Assembly (NCBI RefSeq): GCF_000022265.1
Contig: NC_011979.1
Span: 4,200,001-4,232,000 of the forward strand
Reading direction: 5' to 3'
Source of the DNA: Geotalea daltonii FRC-32
Lineage (GTDB): Bacteria; Desulfobacterota; Desulfuromonadia; Geobacterales; Geobacteraceae
DNA: 32,000 nucleotides
Below, piece after piece: positions 8,152 through 17,319 of the stretch. Below the pieces are notes generated by a model. The model was not told where the DNA came from. It saw only the letters and a program-made list of their open reading frames with translations, and searched no databases. Positions within the stretch are counted from its first letter, which is position 1, and every line of letters starts with the position of its first letter. The position numbers and the translations under genes are program-made.

Positions 8152-9123
8152 ATGAAACGTATTGCCGTACTCACCAGCGGCGGCGACGCCCCTGGCATGA
8201 ACGCCGCCATTCGTGCCATCGTCAGGACGGGACTTGACAAGGGTTGGGAGATGTTTGGCGTTCATAACGGCTATGCCGGCTTGATCAGCGGCGAGATAAT
8301 GCCATTGGGCGCGCGGGATGTGGGAGGCATCATCCAGAAGGGTGGCACCATGCTCGGTAGCGCCCGCTGCCGCGAATTCGAGACCGAGGAAGGTCGCCGG
8401 AAAGCCTTGACCCAGATGGAGCAGCAGGGAATCGGCGGCCTGATCGTCATTGGCGGAAACGGCTCCCAGACCGGCGCCTATGAGCTGTCCCGGATGGGGT
8501 TCCCGGTGGTGGGAGTCGCCTCGACCATCGACAACGATCTTTACGGTTCGGACATTACCATCGGCGTCCAGACCGCCATGGATGTGGCACTTGAAGCAAT
8601 CGACCGGCTCAAGGTTACCGCCTCCTCCCACCATCGGGCTTTTCTTCTTGAGGTCATGGGGCGCAAATGCGGATACCTGGCATTGATGGCAGGCATTGCC
8701 GGCGGCGCCGAGGCGATCATGATCCCCGAACAGAAGACCGACCCGGAGGTTGTTGCTGCCGATCTGCGAGCTGCCTATGACAACGGCAAGGCCCATGCCA
8801 TTATCGTTGTTGCCGAAGGTGCACAGAACAACGCCGACGGCATGGCCCAGTACTTTCAGATCCATCGGGAACGGCTCGGTTTCGAGCTCAGGGTTACCAA
8901 GCTCGGCCATGTGCAACGGGGGGGCTCGCCGGGCTCCTTCGACCGCATCCTCGGCACCCAGCTCGGTGCAGCCGCCACCGAAAGTCTGGAGAAAGGCAAC
9001 AAGGGGGTCCTGATGGGGATGATTAAGGGAGAAATCACCGCCACTCCGCTTGATGTGGTGGTCGAGAACAAAAAAGACCTTGACTTGCGTTTGCTGGAAT
9101 TGGCAAAAGTCCTGGCAAAATGA
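8152..9123 (+). CDS. pfkA: ATP-dependent 6-phosphofructokinase
   Basis: MKRIAVLTSGGDAPGMNAAIRA...GGLIVIGGNGS...TIDNDL...MGRKCGYLAL...GHVQRGGSP. ATG at 8152 lies 4 nt after GGAGGG; the track's GTG at 8140 is a less likely start. Confidence 0.95.
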   Translation: MKRIAVLTSGGDAPGMNAAIRAIVRTGLDKGWEMFGVHNGYAGLISGEIMPLGARDVGGIIQKGGTMLGSARCREFETEEGRRKALTQMEQQGIGGLIVIGGNGSQTGAYELSRMGFPVVGVASTIDNDLYGSDITIGVQTAMDVALEAIDRLKVTASSHHRAFLLEVMGRKCGYLALMAGIAGGAEAIMIPEQKTDPEVVAADLRAAYDNGKAHAIIVVAEGAQNNADGMAQYFQIHRERLGFELRVTKLGHVQRGGSPGSFDRILGTQLGAAATESLEKGNKGVLMGMIKGEITATPLDVVVENKKDLDLRLLELAKVLAK

Positions 9124-9185
9124 CCGGAACCGGGCGAGACGGCAACGCCGCAGACCACCCCCGCAGTAGTTTTACAACAGCCTGT

Positions 9186-10829
9186 TCACTCCAGCACTGC
9201 CAGCAGCACCTGAACGCAGATAATCTTGTAGATGGTCGCCGCCGGGTAGACCGACGCAAAGCCGATGTTGGGCAGATCATTGCGGGTCTGATCCAGGGCA
9301 TAGCCGAGAACCGCGGTCTGGGTCTGCATTCCCGCGATTATACCGATCAGAAGGGTCATGGGAATCTTCAGCAGGCGGTAGCCGATCCAGAGCGCTGCCA
9401 GTGAAGCAAGACAGGTCAGGATGATGCCGGTACCGAAGATCAGCACGCCACCACCCTTGGTGAAGGTGGAGAGAAAACTGTACCCGGCGCGGGTGCCTAT
9501 GCCGGCCAGAAAGAGCACCATGCCGATCTGACGCAAGGTCATATTGGCGCTGTAGGGGAGGTTCCAGACCATCTTGCCGCTGTGGCCGATGGTCCCCAGG
9601 ATCAGCGCCACCACCAGCGGCCCTCCGGCAAAACCGAACTTGAAGGTGATGCCGCCGGGAAGCGGGATCGGCAGAATGCCCAGCAGGAGCCCCAGTGCCA
9701 GGCCTCCGCTGAAGGTGAGGATATCCACCTCGCTGACGGCGCGATATGAATCCCCAAGGTATCTTGACACCGCCTTCATGTTGTCGTGGTGGGTCACCAC
9801 CCTGACCCGGTCCCCCAGTTCCAGCACCAGATCGCCATTGGGCAGAAAGTCGTCATCGCCGCGCCGAACCCTGGTGATGACCGCGCCGAACCTCTTGCGC
9901 AGGTTGAGATCCTTGAGGCGGCGCCCTGCCACCTCCGGGCTGGAGACGAAAATACGGCGAAAATCGAATTCGCTTCGGTCCAGATCGATCTCTTCCACGC
10001 TCTTTTCCCCCAGGTAGGCGGCGGCCCGCTCTATCTCCCCGGAAGAACCGACCACGGTGATCAGGTCTCCTACGGCCAGCTTTTCTTCCATGGTTGCCAA
10101 TTGAAACTGGCCGGCTCGTTTCACCCGTCCGAAGATCACGTCCCACCCCTGCTCCCGACGCAGGTCCTCCAATGGCTTGGCGCAACAGACGGGAGCCCGG
10201 GTCACGCGAATGGTGAAATTTCGCAACGGTTCGGTGGGTGCGCCCAGATCGCGCAGCTGCTTGGCCTCGCTGGCGAAATTGATCCGCCACAGGCGCTGGG
10301 CCAGGCTGATGGCAAGGACGGTGCCGATGACCCCCATGGGATAGGTGATGGAGTAGCCGACAACCGGCTCGGCCAGAAGATCTTCAAGGCCACTGCCCGA
10401 GTAGTTGTGCTTAAGCGTATCGAGAATCGCCGCCAAAGCCGGCGTACTGGTCAGGCTTCCGGCAAACATCCCTGCTGCGATCGTCGACTTGAGGTGCAGT
10501 AATTTGCCTGCCACCGCCGCCACTGCGGCACAGACCGTCAGAACACCGATCACCAGCAGGTTGTAGCGAAGTCCCTGACGCTTGAATGACGCCATGAAGG
10601 TGGGGCCGCCGCTCAGGCCGATGGCATAGATGAACAGGCTCAATCCCAGCATGTAAATGACTTCCGGCAGTTTCATGGCGGGATCGAGGGAACCAAAGGC
10701 CAGGCCGACGAAAAGCACTGCCGCCACGCCGAAGCTGCTGCCGCGTATTTTTATCCGCCCCAGTGGATAGCCGATTCCAGCCACGAGGAAAAGGAGCAAC
10801 AGTGGATTATCGATGAGGATTTTGGTCAT
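9186..10829 (-). CDS. AAE-family transporter (YidE/YbjL-like) with two central RCK_C/TrkA-C domains
   Basis: 547 aa. It has duplicated membrane halves (PLGRIKIRGSSFGVAAVLFVGLAFG / GGITFKFGFAGGPLVVALILG) flanking two TrkA-C-like segments (VGDLITVVGSSGEIERAAAYLG; GDRVRVVTHHDNMKAVSRYLG). Confidence 0.9.
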   Translation of the reverse strand: MTKILIDNPLLLLFLVAGIGYPLGRIKIRGSSFGVAAVLFVGLAFGSLDPAMKLPEVIYMLGLSLFIYAIGLSGGPTFMASFKRQGLRYNLLVIGVLTVCAAVAAVAGKLLHLKSTIAAGMFAGSLTSTPALAAILDTLKHNYSGSGLEDLLAEPVVGYSITYPMGVIGTVLAISLAQRLWRINFASEAKQLRDLGAPTEPLRNFTIRVTRAPVCCAKPLEDLRREQGWDVIFGRVKRAGQFQLATMEEKLAVGDLITVVGSSGEIERAAAYLGEKSVEEIDLDRSEFDFRRIFVSSPEVAGRRLKDLNLRKRFGAVITRVRRGDDDFLPNGDLVLELGDRVRVVTHHDNMKAVSRYLGDSYRAVSEVDILTFSGGLALGLLLGILPIPLPGGITFKFGFAGGPLVVALILGTIGHSGKMVWNLPYSANMTLRQIGMVLFLAGIGTRAGYSFLSTFTKGGGVLIFGTGIILTCLASLAALWIGYRLLKIPMTLLIGIIAGMQTQTAVLGYALDQTRNDLPNIGFASVYPAATIYKIICVQVLLAVLE

Positions 10830-10883
10830 CTATGGCTTCCTTTAATTATTCTTAATAATTATAACCAATTCTGCCAAATATCC

Positions 10884-10928
10884 ACCCCCCTGTCCTCCCC
10901 TATTCCATAAGGGGGACAGAGGGGGGGG
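10884..10928. repeat. G/C-run imperfect palindrome (REP-like)
   Basis: CCCCCCTGTCCTCCCC-tattccataa-GGGGGACAGAGGGGGGGG, in the divergent intergenic region between the transporter and the YtxH-like gene. Confidence 0.5.
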
Positions 10929-10980
10929 TGAGTAGGGGAAACACCTTTTCTTTCCGTTTCATTTGCGCCGTCTATTTTTA

Positions 10981-10989
10981 TGTTATAGT
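10981..10989 (+). promoter_or_regulatory. candidate extended -10 promoter element for the YtxH-like gene
   Basis: TGtTATAGT in a strongly AT-rich tract, 38 nt upstream of the ATG at 11027. Confidence 0.35.
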
Positions 10990-11026
10990 TAAAATTAAAA
11001 TTTATAAATAAAAAGGAGACACAATT

Positions 11027-11368
11027 ATGGCACAGAAAGATACCATGGCAGATGCTCTGATGCTCGTCGGTGGCGGTATTGTAGGCGCCGGGTTGGCCTT
11101 GTTGCTCGCTCCCAAGACAGGAAAGGATACCCGCAAGGACATTGTCCGCATGGCGAGAACCGTCGGCAGTAAAACGGACAAGGTCGTCCATGAGTTTGCC
11201 GACAATGTTTCCGAGCTGGCCGACACCATCGGCGAAAAGGCCTCCAGCATACTCAGCAGTGAAGTGGACTTGGCTCCGGAATCGAAAAAAGAGCTTTTGG
11301 CAGCCATAGAAAGGGGGCAGGTCAAGCTGGAGAAACAGCGGCAGAGACTGGCGCGGTTGATCGGCTGA
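11027..11368 (+). CDS. YtxH-domain-like small protein (N-terminal TM helix plus coiled coil)
   Basis: AAAAGGAGA RBS. Sequence features: LMLVGGGIVGAGLALLLAPKTGKDTRKDI followed by a helical, charged tail. Confidence 0.7.
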   Translation: MAQKDTMADALMLVGGGIVGAGLALLLAPKTGKDTRKDIVRMARTVGSKTDKVVHEFADNVSELADTIGEKASSILSSEVDLAPESKKELLAAIERGQVKLEKQRQRLARLIG

Positions 11369-11414
11369 GGTTAAGGGCAACAGCCCCACACATGACAACC
11401 GGAGGACGATTATC

Positions 11415-11882
11415 ATGCCCAGTCACTTTTTTCTCTTGGGAGGAATTGTTTTCCTGGCGGCGCAATTCTTAGCTGTTCAGCCGGCAAATGCCGTTTTGGG
11501 GGAACCAGCCACTTCCATTGCATCGGATAAAGAGTCTCTCGGGGGCTTGCGGATTGCCAAGTCAGCCGGCGACGGCTTTGAGGTACAGGAGATACAGTCT
11601 GAAGCCACTTCGGTGCGGGAATACATCTCACCTGACGGAATTGTTTTTGCCATTGCCTGGAATGGCTTGGTCCATCCCGATCTTACCCATCTCCTCGGGT
11701 CCTACGCCTCTGAATATCAGCAGGCGTTGAAAGAGGTTCCCCGCAAGCCGGGGCGCCAAAGCCTGCAGGTAACCTCAAGCAGGGTCATCGTCGAAAAATG
11801 GGGCCATATGCGGAACCTGCAGGGACGCGCCTATGCACCTGATCTGTTGCCGGCGGGGGTGACCATCAATGAGATCCGATAA
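11415..11882 (+). CDS. secreted protein, probably DUF2844 family
   Basis: Signal peptide (FLAAQFLAVQPANA|VLGE). It overlaps the next gene by 14 nt. I recall DUF2844 proteins being the usual neighbours of DUF3443 proteins. Confidence 0.6.
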   Translation: MPSHFFLLGGIVFLAAQFLAVQPANAVLGEPATSIASDKESLGGLRIAKSAGDGFEVQEIQSEATSVREYISPDGIVFAIAWNGLVHPDLTHLLGSYASEYQQALKEVPRKPGRQSLQVTSSRVIVEKWGHMRNLQGRAYAPDLLPAGVTINEIR

Positions 11883-13341
11883 CCTGCTCTTTCGCTCCAT
11901 GCTGATGCTTATTCTCGCTCTGGCCATGGGTGGCTGCGGCGACAGCGGAAACAGCAACGCAGCACTAGCGCCGAAAGTTCTCCTCTCCATCGCCGTCACA
12001 CCATCGGCGCATTCCCTGAGTACGGGACAGACCCAGCAGTTCTCAGCTACCGGCACCTTTTCCGACGGCACGTCCCAGGATCTCACTACTGCGGCCGCAT
12101 GGTCATCCACAGATGCGGCTGTGGCAACAATAAACAACGCCGGTCTTGCCACAGCAGTCGCTGCCGGGTCTACGGCCATTACCGCAACATCCGGCGACGT
12201 CAAAGGCTCGACCACTCTCACTGTAACCTCCGCGGCCGGGGTAGCCGGGGCCACCGAGCGCAATGTCATGCCAGTCACCGTCAACGGCTCGCTCTGTTCG
12301 GCCAACTCCTATCCCAACAAACCGTGCGTCGCCGTTACGGTCTGCATCCCCGGCACTACCACCTGTACGACTATCAATGATATCCTGCTGGATACTGGAA
12401 GTTTCGGCTTGCGTCTTTTCAAGCAACCCTTGGGGCTCGAATTGCCCGCCGCACCAGGTGCCTCGGGTGAATTGGCCGAATGCATCCAATTTGCCGACGG
12501 CACCTCGGAGTGGGGTCCCATCCGCATGGCCAGCGTCACCCTCGGCAACGAGCCGGCAATCAATATCCCGATCCATGTCTTTGATACCTCCTTTGGCACA
12601 CGTTCCACCGCCTGTCTCGATGCCGATCCCGATCCGGCTACAGCCGGGTTCAATGGCATACTCGGGGTCGGGCTGTTCCCGCAGGACTGCGGAAGCAGAT
12701 GCGCCAACGCTGCCGCCAACGGCATGTATTTTTCCTGCAACGGCACTTCCTGCATCGGCACTACCGTGGCCGTTGCCGACCAGGTGAAGAATCCGGTCGC
12801 CTTCCTCCCCCAGGACAATAACGGCATACTCGTCCGGTTTCCCGCCGTTTCCGCAACAGGGGCACCGTCGGTAGACGGCAGTCTCATCTTCGGCATCGGC
12901 ACTCAACCAAACAATACACCGACGGCAGTCAAGACCTTTGCCGTCAACCAGTTCGGGGAAATAACCACCGTCTTCAATGGAGTCTCGAACGGCAGCTTCA
13001 TCGACAGCGGCTCCAATGGACTCTTTTTCCCCCAGCCGGCCCAGCCGCCGCTTCCCCCGTGCCCTTCCCCCTTTGCCGCCTGGTACTGTCCACCAGAGGA
13101 ACTGCCCCTTTCCGCCACGGTCATTGCGGCGGCCGGCGTCCCGACGGCAGAGATCCCGTTCCGGGTCGGCAATTTCCTCAATCTCACCGCCACAGGAAAC
13201 AGGGTTTTCAATAATATCGGCGGCCCCTCCCATGGCAACATCTTCGACTGGGGCTTCCCCTTCTTCCTGGGCAGGGATGTCTTCATCGGCATCGAAGGAA
13301 AAGGGACCAATCTAGGTAACGGACCCTTCTGGGCATTTTGA
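11869..13341 (+). CDS. lipoprotein with a Big_2-like Ig domain and a DUF3443-type domain carrying pepsin-like aspartic protease motifs
   Basis: Lipobox LALAMGGC. A Big_2-like segment (LLSIAVTPSAHSLSTGQTQQFSATGTFSDGTSQDLT...ITATSGDVKGSTTLTV). Then ILLDTGSFGL (D175, nt 12391), FNGILGVGL, DGSLIFGIG and SFIDSGSNGLFF (D379, nt 13003). Confidence 0.85.
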   Translation: MRSDNLLFRSMLMLILALAMGGCGDSGNSNAALAPKVLLSIAVTPSAHSLSTGQTQQFSATGTFSDGTSQDLTTAAAWSSTDAAVATINNAGLATAVAAGSTAITATSGDVKGSTTLTVTSAAGVAGATERNVMPVTVNGSLCSANSYPNKPCVAVTVCIPGTTTCTTINDILLDTGSFGLRLFKQPLGLELPAAPGASGELAECIQFADGTSEWGPIRMASVTLGNEPAINIPIHVFDTSFGTRSTACLDADPDPATAGFNGILGVGLFPQDCGSRCANAAANGMYFSCNGTSCIGTTVAVADQVKNPVAFLPQDNNGILVRFPAVSATGAPSVDGSLIFGIGTQPNNTPTAVKTFAVNQFGEITTVFNGVSNGSFIDSGSNGLFFPQPAQPPLPPCPSPFAAWYCPPEELPLSATVIAAAGVPTAEIPFRVGNFLNLTATGNRVFNNIGGPSHGNIFDWGFPFFLGRDVFIGIEGKGTNLGNGPFWAF

Positions 13342-13360
13342 AACAGTCTCAATCCTGCTG

Positions 13361-13398
13361 CCGCACAGGGCCCGTTGATGGGCCCTGCGCGGAATTTT
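13361..13398 (+). terminator. rho-independent terminator between convergent genes
   Basis: CCGCACAGGGCCC-gttgat-GGGCCCTGCGCGG (one mismatch) followed by AATTTT. Confidence 0.65.
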
Positions 13399-13415
13399 CA
13401 GAGTAGTTATCGAAA

Positions 13416-13982
13416 TTATTCAATCACCACCTCAATCGACTTTACACCAGCAGTAAAACTTTCACCTTTATATGGACGAAGTAATCTCTTCTTGTATATC
13501 GGTTTCAAGTTGATCGTATTTACACCATCCCGCAGAACAATTTCTTGCTCCACAATTACATCATCAACCGGAAGCACAATCCTTAGCTTGTGTTTGCCCG
13601 GAGCCAGGGCAATCTGCTTACTGAATCGATATTTCCAGCCCGTTCCACTTTCCGGCACGTTGGAATCAATGGGTGATATTTTTTCCAAGACCGGCTCAGT
13701 CTCAAGCACTGTTGCCTGACCATCAATATTCAGATGAACGGTAAATGGAGGGTCGTTATGCTTGTTGTAAGACCATGGGAACCGTGAAGAAATACTTTTG
13801 ACGGAAAATTTGATATCTGCAATAGCTTTACCCGACGGGACCTCCTTACCAAGCACGTCAGTAAAGACATCCTGTTTACTTCCAATCGAAGCCTTCGCAA
13901 TCAGCCCCCGGCTGTTTGCACATCCGCTGATCAGTAAACTTGCAATCATGATCATGCATGCAAAATGCAATGCAGTTTTCAT
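13416..13982 (-). CDS. lipoprotein, function unknown (AT-rich gene)
   Basis: Lipobox (ASLLISGC) and an AAGGAGA RBS. It is markedly more AT-rich than its flanks. Confidence 0.7.
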   Translation of the reverse strand: MKTALHFACMIMIASLLISGCANSRGLIAKASIGSKQDVFTDVLGKEVPSGKAIADIKFSVKSISSRFPWSYNKHNDPPFTVHLNIDGQATVLETEPVLEKISPIDSNVPESGTGWKYRFSKQIALAPGKHKLRIVLPVDDVIVEQEIVLRDGVNTINLKPIYKKRLLRPYKGESFTAGVKSIEVVIE

Positions 13983-14030
13983 ATTATGCGTCTCCTTGTA
14001 AAAATCGAGCTGTTAATCCGTTATTACCGA

Positions 14031-14068
14031 TGTGCCCCTCTCCCCCCCGTGATGGGGAGAGGGGCACA
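14031..14068 (-). terminator. perfect 15-bp GC-rich hairpin 4 nt after the RND pump stop (terminator/attenuator or REP-like element)
   Basis: TGTGCCCCTCTCCCC-cccgtgat-GGGGAGAGGGGCACA. There is no clear U-tract on the minus strand. Confidence 0.5.
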
Positions 14069-14072
14069 GACA

Positions 14073-17000
14073 TTACTTCTGTTGCTCTTTTCCGAACTTC
14101 AGATAGAGCGAGGGCAGTACCACCATATTCAGCACGGTCGAACTGAGCAGCCCCCCCAGAATTACGATGGCCAGCGGCGAAAGGATCTCGTTGCCCGGTT
14201 TGTCGGCGGCAATGGCAAATGGCACCAGTGCCAGACCGGCTGCCAGTGCGGTCATTATGACCGGTCTGAGACGCTCCATAGAGCCCTGCAGCACTGCTTC
14301 TTGCAAGGTTTTCCCATCTTGTTCCATCAGGTGTTTGTAGTGGGAAATCAGCAGAATGCCATTTCGTGTCGCTATGCCGAACAGGGTGATAAATCCCACC
14401 AGCGAAGCGACGCTAATGACCCTTGAGGTGAAATAGACGGCTATTATGCCGCCGATAAAGGCAAGCGGCAGGTTGACCATGACCAGGAATGCATCTCTGA
14501 AACAACGAAATTCAATATAGAGGATCAGGATTATGAAGAGCAGCGAAACGATACTCAGCAGGCCGATTGTCCTGGTTGCCTCTGCCTCGCTCTCAAACTG
14601 TCCGCCATACTCCACGTAGTACCCCTCCGGGAGCTTGACCTTCTGCTCGATGTTGCTGCGGACATCTTCGAAAACACTGCGCAGATCACGTCCTGCCACG
14701 TTTGCCTGAACGACGATCTTGCGTTGAGCATTCTCTCTGGTGATGGTATTCGGCCCCTTGGCGGAAACGACCCGAGCTACGGTGGACAGGGGAATCTTGA
14801 CCCCGGTCGGGGTGTCGATCATGACGTTTTCGATGGAACCGGTACTATCGCGAGCCGCATCTGGAAACTTCACCACTACGTCGAACCCTCGATCTCCTTC
14901 CAGGGTACGGGTCACGGCCATGCCGGCGGTGGCAGCCTCCATTGCCTCCGCAACACCAGACATGGTGAGATCATACCGAGCCATCTGGGCACGGTCCGGA
15001 ATGATCCTGACCTGGGGAATGTCCTTCTGCTGTTCAACCGACAGATCCGCCAGGCCCGTGACATCGGCAATGGCGCCCCTGATCTCTTCCGCTGTAATCC
15101 GCAACCGGTACAGCTCGGGACCATAGACCTTAATGGCGAGGTTAGCCATGGTGCCGGACAACATGTGGTCGATCCGGTGGCCGATAGGTTGGCCGAAGGT
15201 AATGGTAGCGGGCATTCCGGCCATTGACTTACGCACTTCCGCCATGACATCGCCAAGTTTGCGGTCCTTCATATCGAGCTTGGCCTCGATCTCCGTCATG
15301 CTCGCCGCCTTGCCGTGCTCATCCATATCACCCCGACCTGTTCTGCGGGCCGTTTTCTTGATGTTAGGGTGTGCCAGCAGCTTTTTTTCCACCTCCAGAG
15401 CAATGGCCGCCGACTGTTCCAATGAGGTTCCTGCCGACGTAACGATAACCACCGTCAGCGCCCCTTCGTTAAATGCGGGGAGAAAGGAGCGGCCTGTCAT
15501 GGACAAAGGAATCATTGCCAAGACAAAGGCCGCCACTGATCCTGCAATCACGAGTTTCGGCCGGCTGATTGCCAGGTTGAGCATGGGGCGATAGAGGCGC
15601 TGCAACCAGCGAACTGCGGCACTTTCTTCCTCCCGCTCCAGGCATTTGGCCCGTGGCAACAGGTAGGAGCAGAGGGCCGGGGTAACCGTCAGGGCGACAA
15701 TCAGCGATGCGCCGATTGAAACCATGTAGGATATTCCGAGCGGCCGCAACAGCCGGCCCTCAACGCCCGTGAGAAAGAAGAGGGGCATGAATACCATAAG
15801 AATGATCATGGTCGCATTGACAATGGATGCACGGATCTCCTTCGATGCCTCGAAAATCACCATGCGCGACGGGGATCTTGTGCTTTCCGGTTTCAGGCGA
15901 TTTTCCTGCAAACGTCGAAAAACGTTTTCCACATCGATGATGGCATCGTCGACAATGACCCCGATGGCGATGGCCATTCCCCCAAGAGTCATGGTGTTAA
16001 TGGAGATGTCGAAAATCCGCAGGGCAAAGATGGCAAACAGCAGCGACAGCGGCATGGCGGTAATAGAAATGAGGGTGGTCCGCACATTGCCCAGAAAAAG
16101 GAAAAGGATGACGATGACCAGCAGCGCCCCCTCGGTCAGAACCTTCTTGATGTTGTCTATGGCCCGCTCGATGAAATCTGACTGGCGAAATATATCGGTT
16201 TCCAGCTTCATACCGGCAGGCAGACTTTTCTGCAACTCAGCGAGTTTCCCTTCCAGGCGCTTGGTCAGTTCAAGAGTATTTGCGGTAGGATGCTTCTGAA
16301 TCGAGATCACCACTCCGGGTTTGCCGTTGGCCGAGGCGTCCCCATACCTGAAAGCCGGGCCAATGGCAACCCGCGCCACATCCCTGACCAGAACCGGCAC
16401 ACCGCCCCTGGCAGTCACTACAACCTGCTCCAGATCGGCTGTGGTGCGGACTCTGCCCACGCCACGAATCATGTATTCCTGGCCGGTCTTCTTCATAACA
16501 CCGGCGGCAAAGTTTTCATTAGCTCCTTTGAGCGCCGTGATTACTTGCCCCACCGTGACGCCGAAGGCTTGCAGACGTTGCGGATCAAGTACGGCCTGAT
16601 ACTGGCGGGTGTCACCGCCGATATTGGAAACCTGCGAGACCCCCGGTACCGCCAGAAGTCGCTTGCGGATAACGAAGTCGGCGGTTTCTTTCAATTCCAT
16701 GGTGTTATGCTTGTCGCTGACAAGGGCCACGTGCATGATCTCCCCCATGATCGAGGAGATCGGGGCCAGTTGGGGGATCGCATCAGCAGGCAGAACACCG
16801 GCCAATGATTGCAGCTTTTCATTGACCACCTGGCGCGCCTTGTATATATCAGTTCCCCAGGTGAACTCGACCCAGACGGTGGAGAGACCGGCTACCGTAT
16901 AGGAACGGACCCGGCGCACGCCGCTGGAGCCGTTGACAGCACTTTCAATCGGATAGGTGACAACCGACTCCACCTCTTCCGTAGCCATGCCATGGGCCTC

Positions 17001-17153
17001 GGTGATGATGGTAACCGTCGGCGCGGTCAGATCCGGCAGGACATCCACCGGCATCTTCATGGTTATATAAGTCCCGACCAGCAGCACCAGCAGTGACGCC
17101 ACAACGACGATCAGCCGGTTCTCCAGGGCCAGGCGGATTACTTTATCGAGCAT
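14073..17153 (-). CDS. heavy-metal efflux RND pump (CusA/CzcA, HME family), 1026 aa
   Basis: I take the ATG at 17153 (GAGGAG RBS) inside track ORF 14073..17246. The N-terminus is MLDKVIRLALENRLIVVV...DVLPDLTAPTV. The TM4 motif is AIGVIVDDAIIDVENV. That is AIG-x3-DDA-x3-VEN, neither CzcA-type DFG-x3-DGA-x3-VEN nor E. coli CusA-type AVG-x3-DAA-x3-IEN (both as I recall them). Confidence 0.95.
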   Translation of the reverse strand: MLDKVIRLALENRLIVVVASLLVLLVGTYITMKMPVDVLPDLTAPTVTIITEAHGMATEEVESVVTYPIESAVNGSSGVRRVRSYTVAGLSTVWVEFTWGTDIYKARQVVNEKLQSLAGVLPADAIPQLAPISSIMGEIMHVALVSDKHNTMELKETADFVIRKRLLAVPGVSQVSNIGGDTRQYQAVLDPQRLQAFGVTVGQVITALKGANENFAAGVMKKTGQEYMIRGVGRVRTTADLEQVVVTARGGVPVLVRDVARVAIGPAFRYGDASANGKPGVVISIQKHPTANTLELTKRLEGKLAELQKSLPAGMKLETDIFRQSDFIERAIDNIKKVLTEGALLVIVILFLFLGNVRTTLISITAMPLSLLFAIFALRIFDISINTMTLGGMAIAIGVIVDDAIIDVENVFRRLQENRLKPESTRSPSRMVIFEASKEIRASIVNATMIILMVFMPLFFLTGVEGRLLRPLGISYMVSIGASLIVALTVTPALCSYLLPRAKCLEREEESAAVRWLQRLYRPMLNLAISRPKLVIAGSVAAFVLAMIPLSMTGRSFLPAFNEGALTVVIVTSAGTSLEQSAAIALEVEKKLLAHPNIKKTARRTGRGDMDEHGKAASMTEIEAKLDMKDRKLGDVMAEVRKSMAGMPATITFGQPIGHRIDHMLSGTMANLAIKVYGPELYRLRITAEEIRGAIADVTGLADLSVEQQKDIPQVRIIPDRAQMARYDLTMSGVAEAMEAATAGMAVTRTLEGDRGFDVVVKFPDAARDSTGSIENVMIDTPTGVKIPLSTVARVVSAKGPNTITRENAQRKIVVQANVAGRDLRSVFEDVRSNIEQKVKLPEGYYVEYGGQFESEAEATRTIGLLSIVSLLFIILILYIEFRCFRDAFLVMVNLPLAFIGGIIAVYFTSRVISVASLVGFITLFGIATRNGILLISHYKHLMEQDGKTLQEAVLQGSMERLRPVIMTALAAGLALVPFAIAADKPGNEILSPLAIVILGGLLSSTVLNMVVLPSLYLKFGKEQQK

Positions 17154-17319
17154 GTAATTCTCCTCGTATGTTAGTTTTTTCCAAGAAACGAGATTTTTTT
17201 GTCCTGGCAAGGCTGTCGAGGGTTGACGCGGAGGCGTAGTACCCAAAGGGCATAAACAGCGCTACGCCGCACAAGGAAACCCGAAGACTTACGCAGCCAG
17301 GGCGGAAAAGGCTCGTTTC

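Noticed and set aside
12103-13233. 376-aa minus-strand ORF inside the DUF3443-type gene
   Set aside because: It is a high-GC antisense artefact (Gly/Arg-rich). The plus frame has a lipobox, an Ig-like domain and protease motifs.
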